Below are positions 12,765 to 23,519 of a stretch of DNA of 64,000 nucleotides, in pieces. Under the pieces are notes generated by a model that was given only the letters and a program-made list of their open reading frames with translations, did not search any database and was not told the origin of the DNA. Origin of the DNA: Octopus bimaculoides (taxonomy: Eukaryota). The stretch covers positions 63,465,716 to 63,529,715 of the forward strand of contig NC_068982.1 of assembly GCF_001194135.2 (NCBI RefSeq). Direction: 5' to 3'. The first letter of the stretch is position 1, and each line of letters opens with the position of its first letter. The translations under genes and the position numbers were made by a program.

Positions 12765-13070
12765 GCATCCTTTGCAAAGACTTGAGAAAGTAAAGCGTCT
12801 CAAGCACCGCATTAGCCAAAGCACCCGAAAACAAAAACACGGCAAACTGCAAAGTACAATGACTTGGCAGTGTTTGGTCGCGATGGTGGTCGTGGTGGGA
12901 GTAGAGTAGTGGGAGGAAAATCAGAAGGAGCGACGTTGCCAGTTAGTGTAGTATGCGTTTCTCTTGCCAGCATCACACAGGATCGCCAGCTGCTGGAGCA
13001 AGCGTGAACGAACGTATAAATCACAACGTAAGCTGGAGTTAGTTTATCTCGCAGAAGGTTAACGAATAAA
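12765..13070 (-). promoter_or_regulatory. CpG-enriched putative 5' UTR / promoter-proximal region
   Basis: Visibly higher GC and CpG density than flanks, no TE similarity recognised, directly upstream of the candidate start exon. Confidence 0.35.
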
Positions 13071-13094
13071 TAAAATGAAATAAATAAAACTGAC

Positions 13095-13127
13095 CACCAC
13101 AGCAACAGCAGCAGCAGCAGTGAAGAC

Positions 13128-13176
<49 letters not shown>

Positions 13177-13489
13177 ATTCCAGAAGAAAGCAGCAAGCGC
13201 AGCAGCAGCTGAAGTGCTGTGCAGCATCACTAACAACAATACCAATGCTGGCCGAATTAGTATTAGAAATGGTTAACATCAGAAGTAACAAAACTGACAA
13301 GGCACACACACACACACACACACACGCGTGTGCGCACACAAACAAACAAGCGTCACTCACGTATACACTCGCACATATATACATGCACACGCACTTATAC
13401 GTACACACATGGCACGGGCGCGCACACACACACACACGTATGAGTCAGTAACTGTAGGCTACCGCTCCTACTAGTAGGTGTGGTAGTAA

Positions 13490-13558
<69 letters not shown>

Positions 13559-13592
13559 TAGTGGTAGTAGTAGTGGTAGTAGTAGTAGTAGT
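13095..13592. repeat. (CAG)n, (TAG)n, (CA)n and long (TAG/TGG)n microsatellites
   Basis: Directly visible. Confidence 0.9.
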
Positions 13593-14895
13593 ATATTTTA
13601 AAATTAGTTGTAATTCTAGTTGGTTGTTTAACACAGGTCAGCCCAGATTTAGCAGATGTAGAAATTTAGGTGTAACCAAGTATAATATGAAAGATATTTA
13701 TCTGTTGCTTCTAGGTGGACGAGCGGCCACATGAGGACACTCTCATTAGTTTCTAAAATACAGATGATTCTAAGAATTGGTTCTACACATGTGTCGCGGT
13801 AGTACACATCGGCATATCAAGAAAACAGTTTGAAATTCCAATGTCAACTGTTTAACTAATATTGTTAATGATACTTATGAAAATTATGATTACCACATGA
13901 TCTCAATTCATTTTATCTTCAATTGAAGGATAGCATATGAACCCATAGTGTGATGAAGGAAAAAGTTGTAGTTTTATTAAAATCTGAAGTGCTTGAGATA
14001 AGTCTTATTGTTACATCATTTTACATCTTTATGTGTGATCTATTAGGAAAGTAATCGTTAAAAAGATTGGGACTAGGAAGCGATCTGTAAATAAAGTGAA
14101 CTGGTCGTGTAAAATGACATTATGACATCGTGCGTGAAATAAATATCGTCATGCATGGACAAATCCCCTATAAAAGACATAAGAAGATCACGAAGATAGG
14201 AGAAGGGGGTTGTGTCTCTTGCTCTGCATCTACAACCTCCTTTGACTAATTAATTCATCTGATATAAAATCAGGAAATCATAATTATGGACATAGATGCG
14301 ATGATTATGTGAGGTACAATGCAATGATTATGTGAAGTACAATGTTGGGCATTGATCAAAATGACAGAGTATGCCGATTAATTACTGGTTTAGGTCAAAT
14401 CCTACGGCAACCGGTTTCTTTGATTATACCTTTCTCTAACTAACGCATCGTCTTGTAGTGTGGTAAGAAATCATTCTTGTTGTATGGATGGGAGGATCTA
14501 TTTTGTGATAATAAAAATCTCTTGCGGTATAAATTCAAATCGTTCAGGATCGACTTTATATTTCATCTTTACAGGATAAATCAAATATATTCTAACCCTA
14601 TACCGATATAATGACGGTTCCCTCCTACAAGATGCATAGCCTTATGTCTATCTAATACATCGTTATCAATATTACTGTAATTAACTACAATATGTGGCAG
14701 AATCTATAGGGAGACTACAAAAGTCATGAAAGAATTTAGTTACATCTCTCGAGTTTAAATATAGTCAGGGTCGACAGGGAAGTACAGCTAAGTTTCTAAT
14801 TAATTGTTGTAAGCAACAGAAGTACTGTTAAAACAAACACGAATATTTGCGGTTGCTGTTCTGCGATGTGACAGAGAGCAGCATTCTGTTCACGC

Positions 14896-14985
14896 ACAGG
14901 AGTGGCTGTGTGTAAGTAGCTGCTTACCGACCACATAGTTTCCGGTTCAGTCCCACTGATAGACGGAAACTGAAAGAAGCCCATT
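14896..14985 (+). mobile_element. tRNA-derived SINE family S2, internally deleted copy followed by (TG)n
   Basis: gcacaggagtggctgtgtgtaag..ccacatagtttccggttcagtcccactg joined directly to the tail tagacggaaactgaaagaagccc. Confidence 0.7.
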
Positions 14986-15119
14986 GTGTGTGTGTGTGTG
15001 TGTGTGTGAGTGTATGTGTATGTATGTGTGCCCAACATCACTTGATTGTCTATTTGTTTTTTGTTTTTTTTTCTTTTTGTCTTCTCGTTAAACTCTCCTT
15101 CGTCGTTTTCGACAGTAGA

Positions 15120-15277
15120 GTCCGTCTTTCAGTTTACGTTTACCAAATCCACACAGACGACTTTGGTCGGCCCAGGGATATAGAAGACACCAGTCAAATG
15201 TAATACGCAGTTTGACTGAATTCGGAACCATGTGATTGGGAAACAAGTTTCTTACCACACAACCACGCCTGCGCCTA
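15120..15277 (-). mobile_element. SINE family S2, opposite orientation
   Basis: Reverse complement reads aggcgcaggcgtggttgtgtggtaag..cacatggttccgaattcagtc...gggccgaccaaagtc..gtggatttggtaaacgtaaactgaaag, homologous to 14896-14985. Confidence 0.7.
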
Positions 15278-15529
15278 TGCCAATTTCTTTCGACTTCATC
15301 CCTTCCGTCTTCCATTGTTTAAACGCCTGTTTGAGCATCTTTAAATTGTGGCCTTGTGGCAAGGTCAAAGACAGATTCTATTGCTTCCAAGAATGATATA
15401 AATGGCATATAATTTCATTTCAATTTTTTATAGATATATAACCTTGTAAAATTCCCAGTCTTTATTTTGTTATTCGTTTTCCTTTAGATTGATTGATTGA
15501 TAACTTCAGAACCTGCAATTTGCTTGTGA

Positions 15530-16480
15530 CACATTTCGGATCGGAAACATCCTGTCAGATCAAACCAGTGTGTTGTGTGATGATAGGAAACTGAGTATCA
15601 TAGGGTCCGATGTTGTTCCGATTACTCTTTTTCATATATTGATAACTCATTTGTCGACAATTCCTACAACGCCTATTCATATTTATATGATGTCCTCTTT
15701 CACCACTCTCACAGCTGAGCACCTAAAGATTAAACCCAATGGAACCTAGGCATCCTGCCCACAATGCACTGATTTTATTAATACTAGAAAAATTATTTTG
15801 CACCGAAATCGTGTTTGTCTTGTTTATTTCAATGATATATCGCAGTTACTACATATATCAAGAAAATACTATTGTACCTTATACACACTCTTCTATATGA
15901 ACGACACACAACAGGAACCTTCAAAGAGTGCACGAATGCTCGGTGCCATGTGTGCTGAGTTATCACTTGCCAATCTGACATCCTCAACAGTGCAAACATT
16001 GCACTACAAAAACAGACCTTCCTCTTTTAGAACCAGGAAATACTTTAGTCCCCAACAACTAGAAATCCCTTTTGAAAACTGAAGCGAGACCCTATGGAAT
16101 GCTTCTTTAGTAATGCTGCTTCTCCAGCTGCAGAAACAGTCAACCTTGACTATATCCATAATTACCGCTTCAGTGATTGTTATAAATTCGCTCTTTAGTA
16201 CACTTTAAGCTTTGACTTACAGATATACTTTTCTCACATCATGTCTCTTTTACCGCGCTTATTCGGGCCTCTGTTCCTGATCTTACTGATCTCGTGCTAG
16301 ATGCATTACGGCTTTTCTAACTTTTCATCCTTTTTCCTCACATCACCCATATTGTGTTCAACATGCCAGATACTGAGTAAACCATTTCATCCGGTCCTCT
16401 CTCTCTCTCTCTCTAGAACTGTAACTCTCTTGAATTCCCTCCCTGTCTTGTTTGCTTTACAAGTTGTCATTCTACGGTTG
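15530..16480 (+). mobile_element. Highly degenerate CR1/L2-type LINE 3' half
   Basis: Remnants of the QGS.L.P.LF.I.I and YADD region (~15600-15700), and a C-terminal HP..V..R....SF.PRT..LWNSLP-like segment (16350-16450). Confidence 0.5.
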
Positions 16481-16606
16481 CTTAAAATGAAGATCATACA
16501 AGTTGATGTATGTAGCTTCTTTCTCTACACTAAAACACTAGCAAAAGCTATTAGTATTGCTAACCTGTTTTATACGCCGAATAAATCTAACGTATCAAGT
16601 ATAATA

Positions 16607-16789
16607 TAGTTCTATATTTAAGAGATGAGGAGTTATATACATTATTTACATTATTTACAATTGATGGATGTTTGTCCTCATTTTGTTTGTTGTTAACACA
16701 ACGTTTCGGCTGATACACCCTCCAGCCTTCATCAGGTATCTTGGGGAAATTTGGAACCTGGGTTCTCACTCCTTAGGTATTTTTCGATG

Positions 16790-16884
<95 letters not shown>

Positions 16885-16955
16885 TCACTGCTTGGAATCG
16901 CACTCGGAATCTTGGGGTTAGTAGCCCGCGCTATTAACGACTACGCCATATGCCC
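16607..16955 (-). mobile_element. Composite SINE (HH-SINE): tRNA-like head + (TAA)n linker + Penelope-like tail with hammerhead motif
   Basis: Head 16955-16881 with A-box TGGCGTAGTCG and B-box GAGTGCGATTCC, (TAA)n 16880-16795, tail homologous to 47436-47575 and 46984-47160. Confidence 0.85.
16695..16740 (-). ncRNA. Minimal type I hammerhead ribozyme motif (intact core)
   Basis: RNA: GAUAC-CUGAUGA-A-GGCUG(gagggugUAU)CAGCC-GAAA-CGUU-GUGUU. Stem I GAUAC/GUGUU, stem II GGCUG/CAGCC, palindromic AACGUU stem III, GUU cleavage triplet. Confidence 0.7.
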
Positions 16956-17056
16956 ACCTGATGAAGGCTGGAGAGTATATCAACCGAAGCGTTGTGGTAA
17001 CAACAAACAAGATGAGGACAAATATCCGTCAATTGTAAATAATGTAAATAATGTAC
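16956..17056 (+). mobile_element. Inverted partial copy of the HH-SINE tail, fused directly to the head
   Basis: acctgatgaaggctggagagtatatcaaccgaagcgttgtgg...aataatgtaaataatgt is the reverse complement of ~16640-16737. Its hammerhead core is mutated (GAAA to GAAG). Confidence 0.85.
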
Positions 17057-17254
17057 TAGTATAATATTTTTATTAACTCCCTTCGCCTTCTCATTGGATT
17101 ATTATGTTTTGAAGCTTGGCTGGTATATTTTCAAGAATGGAAAATAATTGACAGCCGAAGTAAGTACTGTAACAAGAAGATCTAAAGATCCATTCTTCAG
17201 TGACGTGAAAATTGAAATTGTTTCTACCAAATGTACATGGCTAGATATTTGATG

Positions 17255-18320
17255 GATGGGGACTAGTCGATTGCATCAACTTAACTGGTACTTTATTTCA
17301 TCGACCCCGAAGAGTGACATAGGTGGGTGTGAAATTAGAGAGCCTGAATTCCACTGGTACTCTTTGAAAGGGTGAAAAGCCAATATGACCCAATGGCATT
17401 TGATATCAGGATATAAAAATCTGCAAGAAATACCACAATGTAATAGAATGGTACATTTTGTTATCGACGGCAAAATAACGAAATGGAATTTAAGTTCGGT
17501 GGAATTAAGAACGTAAAGAGCCGGAACATATAATGCGCTAACAATTGACCAATCCATCAAATTTTGCCCCTCTCATAATAACGGATTAGTTTCAAATTTT
17601 GGCACAAGGCCAGCAATTTCGTGTGAGGGTTTAAGTCGATTACATTGACCTTAGAGCTCAAGCAGTACTTATTTTATCGGCAAGACAAATCTCGGTGGGA
17701 TTTGAACTCAGAACGTAAGTATTTTGTCCGGTGTGCTAATGATTCTGCCAGCTCACCGCCATTCTAATAATAATATTGGTTTCACATTTTGGCACAAGGT
17801 CAGCAATTTCGAGGGAGGGATTTATGTTAATTACATCGATTCCAGCATTTAACTGATACTTATTTTATCGACCCCCGAAATGATGAATCGCAAATTGGAA
17901 CTCGGCGGAATTTGAACTCAGAACTTAAAGACGGGCGAAATGCCGCTAAGAATTCTAACACAGGTGTTTTGCAGTTGGGTGATATTCGATTAACGCAATT
18001 AGTGTGCTTGTCTGGTACTTTAGTTTATCGACGTTTGGATGAAACCAAAGTTGACTTCGGTGGAATTTGAACATAAAGAACTCAAAAAATGCTGCAAGAC
18101 ATTATGACCGATGTCCTAACGAGTCTTCTTACCACCATCGTTCATATAGTTTATGAGGGGCGTTAGTCTCTTAAACCATACCGGGAACATTACTTGCAGT
18201 TTATTTTATCAACCTTGGAAGGCTGAAATACAAACTTCGGCATTTCAGCTCAGAACGTATACAGCCGTAATTAAAAAAATGCCATTCATTTTATACGCTT
18301 TCTACTGATTCTTCCAATCC
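17255..18320 (-). mobile_element. Cluster of ~7 same-orientation SINE S1 copies and fragments
   Basis: Best copies at 17590-17762 and 17778-17955 (ggcacaaggccagcaatttc...atttgaactcagaac...gattctgccagctcaccgcc), plus degenerate fragments. Confidence 0.8.
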
Positions 18321-19599
18321 GCAGTCGTAATGATGTCCATGATTAAACAGTATCAGACAGTGTGGGCGTATAAGTCAATCATTCAGAACAAACATAAATG
18401 GATGCCAATATTTTCGTTAACTCAGTACATAAAGTAAAAACATTAAGAGAACTTTGACTGTAGCAACGAAGTAACAACATTCGCCAGGCCAAACAGAATG
18501 TCACGTAAGAATTATGGATGCTCCTGTCATCCACAATTATTACGATATACATAAAAAAATGTTTATTTCGTGTATTTAATGCATTTATTATGTGTGTACT
18601 GTTATGTAACTATACAACACTAATGAAGGATATTATACATTAGATTCAATAAAAGGTACTCGGAAAATTATAATGTAGCAAAGCTGTGATATCTACTCCT
18701 ATTCACCACATCTCAGCATCTTCAAGTAAACCTTCATTCACGTTTCGTACTACTCTCCATGGTACATTATGAGCTTGATGCCAATTTTCATGACAGACAT
18801 GACAGTAGTGTAATAATTACCAACATTGCCATATTATTGTTGTGTAGAAGTGAGTTGAAGAATTAGAAAATTATATCGTTTGAACTATTGAATTTAAAAC
18901 ATTATACTTGATATGAAATATGTTTATTGCCTGAATTTTAATCATCTGTCAGGCAACTTTATAAAGACATTGACAGAATGCCTGTAAGGATAGAATATGC
19001 ATGCTCTAGAATTTGTATCTATTGTTACTGTACATACTCAATAAACAGTAGTGAAATTTGAATATTTCCAAAACGTTACGTAATCTATTTTCAAGAAAGA
19101 AAATTCTTTTACTTAAGGCTATTGATTCTGCTTTAATCATCCATTTAAGAGCACCTCGCAGCCAATTGATTGCTCATGATACCAGCTGCTTCACTAATTT
19201 GCTAATTTATTAATCTGGTCACCGAAGACTTTACTTACCGGGAATCATGCGTTCGACACATTAGCACATCCGGGAAATACACTTGGCACCAAGTACTTGT
19301 TAGAAATGTTTGAGCGAGTTTGTGAGGTTACTGTATGTTCCTTCCATTAGAGTTAATCCCATACGACTCTGTATGTATCCAATATGTAATTCCAGTCCCC
19401 TACTAGTAGTAAAAAGTATAACATACTCAAGAAAGCTTTTTCTTGTACTGGACGGACATATTCTGAACTGTTACTATTACTATTTTGAATGTACTGCTTT
19501 AGCTGCTTTCCCATCTAGGACTACTGATTTACCGTCCAATTACTGAAAGATTATCCATACACCGTGATGTAAACCTTTTTTTAAACAACACCAACCAAT

Positions 19600-21300
19600 C
19601 GCCCGATCCTGACAATATGAGAACACCTTATAGTCGTACAAAAACGTGTGTATGTTATGGAAATTCTTGTCTTGGAACATGTAAGTCAAATTTGAGCTCA
19701 TTAAACAAGTTACTCTGTGTTAAGTACAGTCCCAGAAGATGTATTTTATACATCCTATCATTAGTACAGTTATGTATGCCGGTGAAAGGGTTAGAGGCTA
19801 GTCACCTTCATGCTCGAGAAATCTAGTTAATCCGGTCTTACTGTTTATTGATGGGGTCTACAAAATTTCTTTCTTGAGCGTTTTGTTTGGATTTTTTCGT
19901 AGGGGTTCTTGATCAAATGCATATTCAACTGTGTCTGTCTTTTTGTACATTGTCTGCTATATAGTGCGTTGTACAAAAGTTCGTCAAAATCCACACGTTT
20001 AGTAAAAATGGATATTTGCTACTTCCTCTTTCAAACCGCTGTTGCTATTTTGAACGAAGTTTATATGGTAGGTTGGTTTTCGTGCTTGGCTGTCAAATGC
20101 ATTGTTGTTGGTTTTGTTTCTCTGTTCGTTTTTGTTGCGTTCTATCTTCTATAGTTCTCATCAATTTATGATGTTTGCTTACGATGTTAGTATGCGTGTT
20201 ATGGTGTTATGGCGGGGGTGATACTGTCAAAGCTGCTGTATGGATTAGATAATGCATTTTCTGCTTCGCTGTTAAATTAGCAAGCTCCCATCTTGAGGTG
20301 GCTATAGTTTTGCCTTTCTTGTCTTCAATGAGATGCTTTTGAGATGTTTTCATCTTCCTCTGCTCGCAAATCAAGTTCTCTGCGTTCGTGAGACCTGGGT
20401 TACAGTGTGTGTGTGCGTGCGTGTGCGCGTGTGTATGTGTGTATGTCTGTCTGTGTGCGCCTATGTGAGTGAGTGTTAGAGGTTCTGTGTGTTGGTGAGC
20501 TTGAAAATAGAAGGCTTAATTTGTCTGTAGTGGTGGTAGAGGATGAGGTTTATCTTAGATGTGGTGCTGGCATTTTCTCTTGTTTCTTGGTAATGATGTT
20601 ACAATTGTTGCTGGAAGTGTAATACTGTTGTTGGTGTTGTTGTTGCTGCTTATGTTGTATGTTGTTCCTGTTTTGTCTGAAGTGTCAGCAATAGAGACGC
20701 TTTTCTCTCTTTCCCTTCTTCACTTTTACCACAGGGAGAAAGAAATTACTTTGTGGTACCGCATATGTGGCAGTTGAATCTTGTTCCATTGACTGCCACA
20801 CACAACTTTACCGTTTTGTTGCTCAACAAGTTCATGGATGGGTGCTGCTCTTTCCAGGTTTGCTCGAATTAAGAGAGCTTTGTGCCAACCTTTGATTTGC
20901 ATTCTTTTTGTATTTTTTATCTTTAGGAAGTCCGTTCCATCGTCTACATCAGACAAAGCAGCTAATATCAGCCACAAAATGCTTATATTTGGATACATGT
21001 CGATCATTTTACCCTTCGTCTAGCAAGAGGAAATCCTCACATTCAAATGGGCAATGTAGTGGGCCCTCGCTTTGGCTTTCGAATCATACGTCTCCCGTGT
21101 CGAATTTTACCACGGACAAAAATAATAAATGAAATTCTTTTGCATTCAAACCGTTTTCAAGTATTTTGTAACTGTGCGTGCACTAGCCTCGCTAGTCTTC
21201 AAGTTTTTCTGTTTATAATTCGATGGGATATTCTGGATCTAGCTAACCTGCTACTTAACCTGTTGTGGCACGTCCGACAAGATTTTCACTGTATTTTGTG
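19600..21300 (-). mobile_element. Degenerate Penelope-like element (RT, possibly GIY-YIG remnants)
   Basis: Remnants DFLKIKN..(DT.DFL) and a G.AMGT..A.TYA-like segment near 20760-20800, with numerous stops and frameshifts. Confidence 0.5.
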
Positions 21301-22136
21301 TAACTTTATTTGGTTGTCTTAGTTCTTGAAATCCTATTGTTTATTTGTCTCCATAATTCATGTAACGTTATCCTTGCTACACCTTTTGTTGTAGATATTT
21401 GGTTACTGTTGCTATATTTCCCGGTTGTGGAACCAATTGTCAATGAAGAAGCGATGGTGATAGGAGTAGTGCTGGTGGTGGTGTTGACATTTGTAATATT
21501 CGTTCGAAGAAATGGCGGTGATGATGCAGTTATATATTGCCATCCCCCCCCACAAAAAAAATTAAATGGCTTTGTTATTGCTGATATTGTTCCTGCTACT
21601 CCCTTGAGTCTGGCAGAGGTCTTTCCAGCAAAAATAGCAATGTGAATGGCATTTCTGTTGCTGGTGGTTCCTTTATTTTTTGTGCTTGTTGTTTTTAAAA
21701 ATTGTGGTAAACGCAACTACATGTGGACTTGAAGACGTTATAGTGACAGTTACAATAACCTCAACTACAAAGCTTTTGTTAACTTCAAGAGAGACGCTGT
21801 AGGTCTTCTTTGCTCTGACTGTCTCTTCTTTGTCTCCAATATTTTCTCATTTGTTCTCTTTCACGCACTTCTCTTCACCAAACATTAGCCTTTTGAAAAA
21901 GTATCCATGTGTTATTATTTTACAAGAAAAGCAGGAATTTTTGAAGATACAAGTTTCAAAACAGACAATTCCCTCAGGTGAGAGAATCGTTTGAAAGACA
22001 AAACAAAACTTTATTAAAAGGCAGCAAAATAGCTTCTCCGTGGGATTGTCAACAACAAAATAACAGAAACAAATCTCCATTCTGGGAAAAACAACAACGT
22101 CTTTTTCAGAACTTATGCAACTGAAAACTAGCAGAA

Positions 22137-22174
<38 letters not shown>

Positions 22175-22250
22175 CAAAAAAATGATAATTATTATTATTA
22201 TTATTATTATTGTTGTTGTTGTTGTTATTACTATTATTATTTTATTATTA

Positions 22251-22329
<79 letters not shown>

Positions 22330-22330
22330 C
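22137..22330. repeat. Compound (CTA)n-(TTA)n-(TTG)n-(TTA)n microsatellite
   Basis: Directly visible. Confidence 0.95.
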
Positions 22331-22349
22331 AATGAGTGAGAAAGCATGG

Positions 22350-22885
22350 CATGACATCAATGTGACACTGGGGTAGAAAATACGAAGCCCATTATACCCA
22401 TCATGACTACCCGTTGATAAGGGTACACCAGGCACATGCGTCACAACCATATGCGCACGACATGGTGGTCTCATATCAAGATAAACAGTGCATGACCTTG
22501 CAGGTGGAGCCCAGTTAGAATTTTCTTCAGTTCGAGTAGCCCATTCTGCTCAAAAGGTCTCTGAAAAAGGTTTGTTTAAGGATGTTGAGCAAAACACCCA
22601 TGTTTCCAAAGGTGAATTATTCAAACCGCAAAGAATTCCTCTCCACACATGACAATGATGCTGCCCCACTACTTGTGCTCATGATCAGAGATGCACATAT
22701 CATCAGCTACCAAGGGACATGCTCAACTGGTTAAGGTCAAACAACTGCCAAGGGAATCTGTGGTATTGAACAGAATATTTGCAGTAGCCCATCTTTTATA
22801 CCAAGACAAAACAATGTACATGATAACACTTCCAATCGATTAAGATCAGAAGCCACGAGAGCCACTGCCTGGTATTGCATCAGGG
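22350..22885. repeat. Unclassified interspersed repeat (~530 bp) next to (TTA)n
   Basis: GC-richer, non-coding, bounded by a microsatellite and a SINE. Resembles abundant octopus non-autonomous repeats (recognition only). Confidence 0.4.
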
Positions 22886-22894
22886 TATTAAAAA

Positions 22895-23025
22895 ATAAAA
22901 ACAGACGAAATGCCGCTAAGCATCTCGCCCGGCGCACTAACGTTTCTGCCAGATCGCTGCGTTTCTTGCTCGGCGCACTAACGTTTCTGCCAGATCGCTG
23001 CGTTACAAACGTTTCTGCCAGATTA
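22895..23025 (-). mobile_element. SINE S1 head fragment with tandem duplication of the A-box region
   Basis: cggcgcactaacgtttctgccagatcgctgcgtt occurs twice, plus a third partial aacgtttctgccaga. Confidence 0.75.
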
Positions 23026-23060
23026 TTATTATTATTATTAATATTATTATTGTTGTTGTT

Positions 23061-23510
23061 GAAAACACACCTTATTTTGTTGGGTATGATGGAAACGGTC
23101 AGCTGTCAACAGCAATAAGACTAAGGTGATACTTGTGCACTGGTCATGCTTCAAGAATTCTGAGAAGAATTCTTGCAGTTCCAAGCAATGCTGATTTTTG
23201 TAGAAAGTGATTAGTGAAACCGTATGGCATATTACCAGTCAATATACGCTACTAGCCCAGAAGGAATACAAGAGACACCACGACAATATAACAAGGCTTG
23301 TCCATTGGACACTTTGCAACAAGTATGGACTTGACAGAGCAAAAACTTGGTACGACCATAAACCCGAAGGCATCATCGAAAATGATAATGCAAAGATCTT
23401 ATGGGATTTTATGACCATGAGATAGAGAATAGGAAGCCAGACATAGTCTTAATTGAGAAAGAAAGCAAACTATGCTGGATCATAGATATAGCATGCACAG
23501 CTGACAAACA
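23061..23510. mobile_element. R4/Dong-type fragment (family C) with internal inversion
   Basis: Minus 23208-23061 encodes FLQKSALLGTARILLRILEA* + 3' UTR + (CAA)(TAA)n. Plus 23207-23510 encodes ETVWHITS..YKRHHDNI..VHWTLC..WYDHKPE..KILWDF..ENRKPDIVL..CWIIDIA (Zn-knuckle remnant + RLE). Confidence 0.85.
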
Positions 23511-23519
23511 AGCTGTTGT

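Noticed and set aside
14169-14176. TATAAAAG TATA-box match
   Set aside because: Expected by chance in AT-rich DNA, with no associated downstream gene evidence.
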